NCBI RefSeq assembly: GCF_006345805.1
Contig: NC_043005.1
Span: forward strand, 107,508,001 to 107,572,000
DNA: 64,000 nucleotides
Direction of reading: 5' to 3'
Source of the DNA: Octopus sinensis
Lineage: Eukaryota
A program made the position numbers and the translations under genes. A model generated the notes under the pieces. That model ran no database searches, had not been told where the DNA came from, and saw only the letters and a program-made list of their open reading frames with translations. Below are positions 54,565-64,000 of the stretch, one piece after another (position 1 is the first letter of the stretch; each line of letters starts with the position of its first letter).

Positions 54565-55404
54565 AACGCATTTTTATTCGATCTGCGATTAACACCATTC
54601 CAGTTGTCACTGTCTTGACATTTTTTTAAAGACGTATAATATAGAATGTGTTCTTTGATTCTTTATGAAAAGAATGTTATGCGAGGGAAATGTAATAATT
54701 ATGTCCAGTCTTCCGAGTGATTAAATAGACACTAAGTTGACGGCAGAATGCATTCCGTTATTAACTATTGGAGACCTAATAATGGCGATGGCACTTCGAG
54801 ATCATTGAAGAATTGTCATCGAAGATGAAACTGATATTTTACTAAATCTTATTTTCGTAGGTCAGTGTTGAGCATGTATCGTGTAAGGGAGATAAATGTT
54901 TAGTGCGTGGCGTTTGTTGTTAAAACTATTGGAAAGAGATTCCTGCCCATCATTGCAGATCTGGAAGAATTTTATTATAATTGTTACTTGTTGAATGAAC
55001 GCAAAGAGCCCATTCTTACTGTATTTGAACCATTTGCAATATTCGTGGAAGATAGGTGAGTAAAATGCAATCTGGTGGCAGTAGTATTTGTTCCAATGTG
55101 TCCCTACTTAAAATTAATATAATCAAATGGATTATCCAATTGTATGTAGCTGGATTTATACGCAACAGCAATACGAGTAAATGGCTATCGCGTGTAATGA
55201 CGCTCTTTATTTGCATAATCTCCAACTGCACCATTTGGATTAACGAATCATCTCCCTCTTCATGTTGTTATATAATTTAATATACTTCACGTTGTCTTAT
55301 ATTGCATCTTTTTAAATTATTCACACGAGTATGAACATATGTGTGTATGTAGGTTTGTATGTATGTATGTATGTTTGTATGTATGTATGTATATATGTAT
55401 GTAT

Positions 55405-55763
55405 GTGGCCATTGCATGAAGCTTAACTGTTATTCGTGCTGTGATCGAATATGACTTTTTAGCCCAGTTAAAGATCTACAATGTCTTGTACAGAATTGAC
55501 AGCTAAAACCTTTACCGGTAATATCCGCCTGTAGTTGTAACTGGGCTTCATGTACCCTTGCAAGTCGTTTAAGTCCTCCTGCAGAATTACACTCTCTTCT
55601 ACATGCCTGATAGATGTGATTAGTATGGTGTGTTACATCACCACAAGTGGCCAGGTTGTCACTCATCTGTCTCGCTTTATAACTGCGAAGATGACTCTTG
55701 AGTGCAGCTTTACTGAGGCAGGGTCTTCCACAGACACTATTCGATAACGAGGGGGCAGCTATC
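55405..55763 (-). mobile_element. RTE-clade LINE 3' fragment with three C2H2-type fingers, embedded in (ATGT)n
   Basis: CGRPCLSKAALKSHLRS, CRRECNSAGGLKRLARVH, CQFCTRHCRSLTGLKSHIRSQH, then a short 3' UTR and an (ACAT)n tail. Confidence 0.8.
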
Positions 55764-57860
55764 ATGTATGTATGTATGTATGTATGTATGTATGTATGTA
55801 TGTATGTATGTATGTATGTATGCATGCATGCATGTATGTATGTATGTATGTATCTATGTGTGTATGTATTAATGAATGTCTGTATGCAAACGCACGCGTG
55901 CAATCGCAGGCCTTGTAGTATTTGTTTCGGCCTCTTCCTATTCTGAGTTCAATTCTAACAAAGTTTACTAGAGTTTTAGAACTGATAGGTCACCCGGTTT
56001 AACACCAACACCGACAGAAGAGTTGTCTTACTTGCAAACATTCTGTTTCTCGTCTAAAGATCCTTTCTCCTGTAACCAAAACTGAATCATTAGAAGCATG
56101 AGGATCTTCTACCAGTCAAGGAATTGAAAGTTAGACATAACCCAGTCAAAATCATTCCACAGTGTGCTGCAAATTTGAAAATGTGGGATTAGTTGACTGC
56201 AAACTGCATAGAAAACAATCATAAGCGCCTATTAATCTGGTTTTACGCGGTGTTTGTGAAATTTTGCCAATGCATAGAGCTGTGGAATATCGAGTAGCAG
56301 TCTTACGATTCTTTAAGGTCATATACCAGATTATCATGGTTCTGGTGTCAAAGAATGTCATTCGTATATTTGAATTTTCCAAGAGCTACCACACCCATCC
56401 TTTATACTTGATCTTCCTTTTCATATATGCCCAAATAAGTTGAAGCAAATTCTGATGGGCAAACTATTCTCCTGTATTGAAGAAAAGTAGTCAGTTACAC
56501 AATAATGTTTGGTTGTACGAGAGAAAATTTTCCCATTAAGTGGTATTAAGCAGCTGGATGAGTGACACGATAAGTGTATCGCAGCTAATAATGTCTTTTC
56601 TAAAAGAAAATACAATTTGTTGGTAAAAAAAATTAAATAAGTGTATACTTTTACTGCTGTCATGTCATAAGACTGTTGGGCTCAAAAGTTTTGGAAAAGT
56701 TCTCGTATCTCTCCATATGTGTGTGTGTGTATGTGTATGGTGGAGTGTTACTGTATAGATATATAATTATATAAATAACATGAAATAGGTGAAAGCCCTT
56801 CGTTGGATGGCAGTCTTTCTACTAGTTTGACAATAGATATAATATGGTTTTGCAGACATTCTTATTACTTCATGGACTGTGTTGGTGCTGGTGATCGCAA
56901 TGACAACGACGACGATGACGACGATAATGGTGGTGGTGGTGGTGAAGGTGATAACGACGACGGCAACGACAAAAACGACGATGACGACGACGATGATGAT
57001 GTTCATCACCATCATTATCTTCTTGACAACGATGAGTGTTTGCTATGAAAATCACGATGGCAACAACAAAGACAAAAATGTTGACGTGCCTGCTGAAACG
57101 TCTCGACAAGAGAAACCTCACTGAAGAAGAAATTGTCTTATATAATTTTGAATTATTTCTTATTTCGTTTTCTTTTTATATTTCATGTTTTATATGATTT
57201 TAATTTTCAATTTCTATTTTTCACAATTTATTTATTTTATTTTTTTCCTTGTGTTCATGTTACTAAGATTATGACTGTATTAGTGTTTTGTGCATTTTTT
57301 TTTGCATCGTATACATCCCTTTGTATTTAAGTATTTCGTATATTTTAATTTATTTTTCTGTTTTCTCTGTGAATTAATGTGAACATTTTTTTCTGTGTAT
57401 TTTGTAAATTTGTGTTCATCTGTACATTTTTATGTTTACTTATCTGATTTTATTTTATTTTTCGACAGCCTGCCTTGTTGCTTTAGATTCTCACCGAACA
57501 TCTTCAGTAAACAGATTTATCTGTCAAATAAAATCTAGTTCAATTTTTCTATTTGAGACGTACAGGTATTGTCAGTAAATAAATCTTTAAAAATGAATTA
57601 CAATAAGAAAAACAACTATTCCAACAACAACAACAACGAAAGAAATAACAACAATACGGACTATGGTGAAGCATCTTTGTCACTACCAACAACAACTACA
57701 ACAACAATGCCATCAACAAGTAGGCCTACATCACCATCTACGATACAATTTCTACACACTAGTGCCAATGTTACACACTCTCAAATATTCGCTTTTTTAT
57801 CAACAGAAATCAAAATATAAAAATACAACGATCAACAATAAAATATAATTGAAATAGAAC

Positions 57861-57865
<5 letters not shown>

Positions 57866-57946
<81 letters not shown>

Positions 57947-57947
57947 T
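57866..57947. repeat. (AAT)n microsatellite
   Basis: Directly visible. Confidence 0.97.
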
Positions 57948-58398
57948 ACATTAATAATATAAATAACTACATATTAAAAAAAAGAAGCTAAACACTAAAG
58001 TAGAATTTAGAAAAAAAAGTATTATTTTTATAATATATATTTACTTTTTACAATTTTGTTAACAACAATATCGAAGAAAAATGTTCTTTACAATTTTTAT
58101 TTTCATTACAGTTTTTACAGATTTACAGTCGTGTTTCTTTCTCTACCACTGTTGTTCTATATGAACGCACATACACACAAAACAAAAAACACAAATATAT
58201 ATATATATGTATATGTATACGTATATATGTGTATATATATATAAATATATATATATACACTTCTATTTAGATACTTAGATATACAAATAGATAGAAAGAT
58301 AGATATAGTTATATACACATATATATAACTACAAATACATACATATATACAAACGTATTTACTTATATACATACATGCTGTATATATATGTATACATA

Positions 58399-58499
<101 letters not shown>

Positions 58500-59848
58500 A
58501 TATATAATATATATATATATTTAGTTGTTCAGAAATGTATGCAGGGATAGATACAAGCATACATACATAAATCCATCCATATATACTGACACAGCACTGA
58601 TCATTTTTTTCATTTTATTTTTCATATGTTGTATTAATTTTTTTCATATTCATCTTATATATTTCTTAATTTGTATATTTTTCATATCTACGTAATTGTG
58701 CGACGTGCTTATGATGTATATGAGTGAGTGTATATATGTATGTGTACATGTACATATATATATATGTATCTATGTGTGTGTGTGTTTATGTATACCTTTT
58801 CTTTTAAAAAAAGAACGATTTTTATGATACTTTCGTGATGTCTGTTTGCGATATTTCTTCCTTTTTTTTCATTGCGTTTCATTTTATATTGATATTTGGA
58901 AAGTCTTACATATTTCTGACTTTAACCAATCACAATTGATAAAAATAACAATAATGATATCTACTGACAATAATAGCAACAACTGCATCAATAACAGCAT
59001 TACCAGCAACGATAACAACAACAAAAACAAGAGTTAATAAAAACAGCATCAACAATGGCAGCAAAGAAAATATACACAGCTATCTAGACAGCTGCCTCCG
59101 TTACTAAATTTTGAAGCTATTCTCAAAAATAATTTTGAAATATAATAATAATAAAAACAATAATAACATTGATAATGGTGGTGATGATGATGGAGATTAT
59201 GATGACGATGATGACGATGATGACGATGAAGATGAGGATTATGATGTTGATGATGATCATCATCATGAGGAAAACGACGACAACGATGACGATGATGATG
59301 AAAATAGTAATAAAAAAATATTGTTATTATTATAAATATTATTATAAATATTATAACAAAGACTAATAATCTCAAAAGTGGGGGGTGGGTTGTAAAAACG
59401 AACGTAATGAAGGGTCTTTTCATCACCGTTTAGAACCTACATGACAGAGCAATCTGAATTTGTATCGAAATCCATCGTGAGGAACAAAAGCATTCGCTTT
59501 TATGAGAATTCTCTCATGTTCTATCTTTTAGGTGATAAATTATCTGAAATAAAAATTTTCTATTGATTTCAATGGTTTAAATGATTTAAACATAAAGTTA
59601 ATGATATGCAACAAAGTAGTCCTAAAGATATGTAAAATTATCAAAAAGAAGACACTAATCCGATGTTAAGTAATTAGACAGAGACCAATGGAATAAGAAG
59701 AAAAATCAATTTTAAATAAAGGTAGGAAATGATTAACTAAACACGTCAGAACATACACACTAAATAAATTGTTAGGAAGAAATATTATACCAAATGTAAT
59801 TATTTATTGAAAACAAGGATATATGCTTCAATATACTTCTAACTGTAA

Positions 59849-60409
59849 GGCGGCGAGCTGGTAGGAGCGTTAGCACAGCGGGCGAAATGCTTAGCGGTAT
59901 TTCGTCTGCCTCTGCGTTCTGAGTTCAAATTCCGCCAAGGTCGACTTTGCCTTTCATCCTTTCGAGGTCGATAAATTAAGTACCAGTTATGCACTGGCGT
60001 CGATGTAATATACTTAGTCCGTTTGTCTGTCCTTGTTTGTCCCCTCTATGTTTAGCCCCTTGTGGGTAATAAAGAAATAGGTATTTCGTCTGCCGCTGCG
60101 TTCTGAGTTCAACTTCCGCCAAGGTCGACTTTGCCTTTCATCCTTTCGGGGTCGATAAATTAAGTACCAGTTACGCATTGGGGTCCATGTAATCGACTTA
60201 TTCCGTTTGTCTGTCCTTGTTTGGCCCCTCTGTGTTTAACCCCTTGTGGGTAGTAAAGAAATAGGTATTTCTGAGTTCAAATTCCGCCGAGGTTGACTTT
60301 ACCTTTCATCCTTTCGGTGTCGATAAATTCAGTACTAGTTGCGTACTGGTGTCGATCTAATCGACTGCCCCCCGCCCCAAATTTCGGCCCTTGTGCCTAG
60401 AGAAGAAAA
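59849..60409 (+). mobile_element. SINE family A head-to-tail trimer (one full unit, two head-less units)
   Basis: Unit junctions at aaagaaataGGTATTTCgtc (~60080) and aaagaaataGGTATTTCtgag (~60264). Confidence 0.92.
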
Positions 60410-60767
60410 TATTATTCATCATGTTCTATTGATAATCTTAGGTTATAAACTCAATTAATTGTCACGCGAATTTGTAAGACTAGACAAGGAAACATAGTAC
60501 GTTATTTTTCATTTATTTCTCGAAAAAAACCGGATATGTTTTGAAGAAATTTAACAAGTATCCTTCGTGGTGTCTAGTTTGGGCCCGACTTCATTGTGAA
60601 AACTTGGTGAGATGAAGTTACAAAATTGTTCCATAATATTCAACAAGAAACGTTAGTGAAAGTGTTAGTGGTAATATGTTCCCCGCCTTCGTAGTACAAC
60701 ATGAGCTTATGGTCAGTGCATGAATAACATTTGCAGATAAGTGGTTGAGTGGTCGTTATGGACACAA

Positions 60768-61084
60768 GTCTTAATTTATCGACCCCGAAAGGATGAAAGG
60801 TAAAGTCGACCTCGGCGGAAGTTGAACTGAGAACGTAAAGACAGACGAAATACCCATTTCTTTACTACCCACAAGTGGCTACACACAGAGGGAACAAACA
60901 AGACAGACAAAAGGATTAAGTCGATTATATCGACCCCAGTGCGTAACTGGCACTTATTTAATCGACCCCGAAAGGATGAAAGGCAAAGTCGACCTCGGAA
61001 GAATTTGAACTCAGAACGTAGCGGCAGACGAAATACCGCTAAGCATTTCGCCCCGTGTGCTAACGTTTCTACCAGCTCGCCGCC
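60768..61084 (-). mobile_element. SINE family A dimer (one full unit, one head-less unit)
   Basis: Reverse complement of family A, with the junction aaagaaatgGGTATTTCgtc at ~60847-60863. Confidence 0.9.
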
Positions 61085-61099
61085 TTACAACAAGAAGAA

Positions 61100-61790
61100 T
61101 AACGACCTTCTAAACGACAGATCAGTATCAATGTTGTCCTCTAAAGGATGCTTAGAGGACGATCTTACAACTCAGCAGGCCGAGGTAGTCATTTAAGAGC
61201 TCTTGGCACAGAAAGCCTACAAGGAAAAATCAAAATAAACACGGGTGAATTATATAGATTACCAATCATAAAGCGACACCAGACACAACACGAGACACCA
61301 GACACAACACGAGAAGCGGAAAATTCAATTGCCACGTCCTCATAAAATCCTCGCATACCAAACCTTTAAAAGACGGATACAATTTGAGTTACTGAAATCA
61401 ATATCAGCATGAAATACGCCACTTGGATGCGCATCCTTAGAGTAGTACCTCACTTCACAGATATATTAGTATAAGATATCAAGAAATTTGTTGAAGAATG
61501 AATACTCAAAGAAAGTATTGGACAAAACGGTACTTGACAAAATGGCAAAACGAGAAAAATGGTTCACATCTGTGAAGCTGAGACAATTATTCGTTAAGAA
61601 GAGGAAGGCTTGTCTAAAGAGAAACAGTTTATTTGTTCTGAAAATGATCCCGGTATCAAGGAAAAGAAATGCATCACCTACCTAACTAAAAAGGTCTACG
61701 CTGTCATTTGAAAGCCTCACAAAAATGTGTGAATATGAAACGAAAAAGAGCGATTCAGATGAAAGACATATTAGAGAAAATAAATGTAAA
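61100..61790 (+). mobile_element. Possible decayed LINE ORF1 (gag-like zinc knuckle relic)
   Basis: ..HICEAETIIR..FICSENDPGIKEKKCITYL resembles C..C...H/CP.Y knuckle relics. LINE-like relics (KWPIF) recur at 62700-63190. Confidence 0.25.
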
Positions 61791-61954
61791 CTTCTTCTTC
61801 TTCTTCTTCTTCTTCTTTCGTCTTCTTCTTCTTCTTCTTCTTCTTCTTCTTCTTCTTCTTCTTCTTCTTCTTCTTCTTCTTCTTCTTCTTCTTCTTCTTC
61901 TCTTCTTCTTTCGTCTTCTTCTTTCGTCTTCTTCTTCTTCTTCTTCTTCTTCTT

Positions 61955-61983
<29 letters not shown>
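61791..61983. repeat. ~190-bp (CTT)n/(GAA)n homopyrimidine tract
   Basis: Directly visible. Confidence 0.97.
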
Positions 61984-61985
<2 letters not shown>

Positions 61986-62073
61986 TTATTATTATTATAT
62001 TGTTATCGTTATTATTATTATTGTTGTTGTTGTTATTATTATTATGATTATTATTATTATTATTATTATTATT

Positions 62074-62548
62074 GAGTGAGCGAGCAGAGCATGCCATCAA
62101 AGTGACACTGGGGTAAAATATACGAAGCCCAGTATACCCATCATGACTACCCGTCTGATAAGGGTACACCAGGCACATGCATCACAACCATATGTGCGCG
62201 ACATGGTGATCTCATATCAAGATAAACAGCACATGACCTTGCAGGTGGAGCCCAGTTAGAATTTTCTTCAGATCGAGTAACCCATCCCGCTCAAAAGGTC
62301 CCTGAATAGGGGTTGTTTAAGGACGTTGAACGAAACACCTATGTTTCCAGAGGTGAATTATTCAAACCCCAAACAATCCTTCTCAACACATGGCTATGAT
62401 GCTCCCCCACTACTTCTGCTCGTGATCAGAGATGCACATATCGTCAGCCACTAAGGGGCATGCTCAACTGGTTACGGTCAAACAACTGACAACCAAATCT
62501 GTGGTATTGAGCAGAATATTTGCTGTAGCCCATCTTTTATACCAAGAC
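62074..62548 (-). mobile_element. ~475-bp non-coding interspersed element embedded in (TAA)n
   Basis: GC-balanced block flanked on both sides by (TTA)n. On the minus strand it ends ...ctcgctcactc followed by (AAT)n. Confidence 0.65.
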
Positions 62549-62583
62549 TTATTATTATTATTATTATTATTATTGTTATTATT

Positions 62584-62624
<41 letters not shown>

Positions 62625-63439
62625 CATCATCATCATCCTCATCATCATCATTACTATTATAGATGTTTCATTTGTTGAAGTAAGACTCAACTCAGAGACT
62701 AGTGCCTGGTAGATTCGATAAACATGAAAAGCCAGAGGAGAAAACGAATATAAGGAAGATCATCCGCATTCAAAAAACAAAATGGCCGATTTTTCAGATA
62801 AGCACGAGTTTCAGTTCAGGAGACAGCAAAAAATATATTTAAGCTTATTATGAGAAATAGATGAATAAACATCTCGTCCCCTAACGGTTCCAACCTAAAG
62901 TATCATGCGTTCATCAGGCAATGAGAATGAAATGATAATAACATATGAATATCTACATATATTTGCGGTAAAGATTATAGGAGGAGAACAAAAAAATCAT
63001 AAAAGCAGACTGAACATATAAGGAGGGGCAATTTCTTCCAAATGACAACAAAACCCCTCCCCACAAGAATTCGAGGAATAATGAAGAGAGCAAAGATTAG
63101 TAAATATTGAACGCATTTCGAAAACCAAATAATAATTAATACAGAAAATTATAAAAGTATGGTTCAAATAGCATTCAAATACGAATTTCAACCGTGTTTT
63201 GTGGTCTGCTACTACAACAGCCCCTTTATAGGATCCAGTTAGCTCAAGACATTATCAGGAGTCACCACGTCCAGTTTCGACCCCTAATCCTTTACTGTTT
63301 GACGTGGCGCTCCCCCTTTGGAGGTGCTTTCAGCTCTGGTGTTGGGTGCATGTCTTCTTTCTTCTTCTTTCTTCTGTTCCCTGGCCTCTTCGATGTAGCG
63401 TCAACGAGTGTCAGCAGGCGACCGACTGTCTTGTCAAAA

Positions 63440-63818
63440 TCTTTATATATAAAAGTGAGGTTGTGTGCTGTCTGTCTCCTAAGATTTAGATTCCTAACTA
63501 CTCCCACATTTTGCGGTGCAGTTTAACCAAAACTGGGTATCTTATAGTCGTGATTCATATCGAGCGCGCGTCTACGATGAGTCTACGATTTTAAAAAAGA
63601 ATTACCATCAATTTTTCCCATTTTTAATGCATGTTTGGCATATATAAGGGAAGTAACTCTCTAAAAATTTATTATTAAATCTCAGAACGTAAAAAGCTAC
63701 AGCAACCCCGCCTTTTTAGGTTAGCCATATTGAGATGGCTATTATACTTTACATCTCTAAAAATGCTTATATAGTTATTTCCTTTACAAACCCGAGCAAC
63801 GCCGGGCGATACTGCTAG
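63440..63818 (+). mobile_element. Non-autonomous Helitron, complete
   Basis: Starts TC (63440) after an A, has a subterminal GC hairpin cccgagcaacgccggg (63791-63806), and ends CTAG (63815-63818) before a T. No TSD. Confidence 0.88.
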
Positions 63819-64000
63819 TTATTAATAAAGTTAAAATTACCGCATAACGTTAAACTTAAGTGAAAATACTTTCTAAGATGGTGTTTTTCACACTGACTGT
63901 TTCAACAACTGTTTGCTTGTGGATCCGTTTGCACTCGAATACGAATTAGAGACAAGGTTCAACGAAGAGGGTAGTGTAGTGCCCTAACTCAATCAAACCA

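Noticed and set aside
59849-60409. CRISPR-like or satellite array
   Set aside because: Units are SINE bodies with no unique spacers, and there are no cas genes in this eukaryotic context.
63240-63290. Type II hammerhead-like GAAAC...CTGATAA on the minus strand
   Set aside because: No valid NUH triplet, and CUGAUAA breaks the core.

Overview
AT-rich, repeat-saturated animal DNA, most likely from an octopus (coleoid cephalopod). This is inferred from three tRNA-derived SINE families and very dense (TA)n, (GATA)n, (TATG)n, (ATT)n and (CAT)n microsatellites. I find no convincing host protein-coding gene, rRNA, tRNA gene or CRISPR array, and most ORFs in the supplied track are microsatellite translations. 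Recognisable coding remnants are all transposon-derived: a decayed CR1-type LINE (+, 23.0-25.4 kb), a decayed Penelope-like element with RT and GIY-YIG (-, 37.2-40.0 kb), two RTE fragments with C-terminal C2H2 fingers (-), an R4/Dong fragment (-), a mariner 5' fragment (-) and a complete non-autonomous Helitron. The most interesting signals are structural RNA/DNA features. (1) A ~165-bp foldback carries two head-to-head minimal hammerhead ribozymes (9.85-10.02 kb). (2) An RTE derivative joins a 5' UTR with an HDV-ribozyme-like pairing pattern directly to the ORF's 3' end (6.37-7.32 kb). (3) An R4/Dong fragment has its endonuclease motif fused upstream of RT. (4) A near-perfect 300-bp foldback lies at 10.9-11.2 kb. 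(5) Head-less SINE concatemers are joined at one recurrent hairpin junction and face each other in inverted orientation (59.8-61.1 kb). A 100-N assembly gap lies at 1644-1743. All calls are by eye, without database searches.
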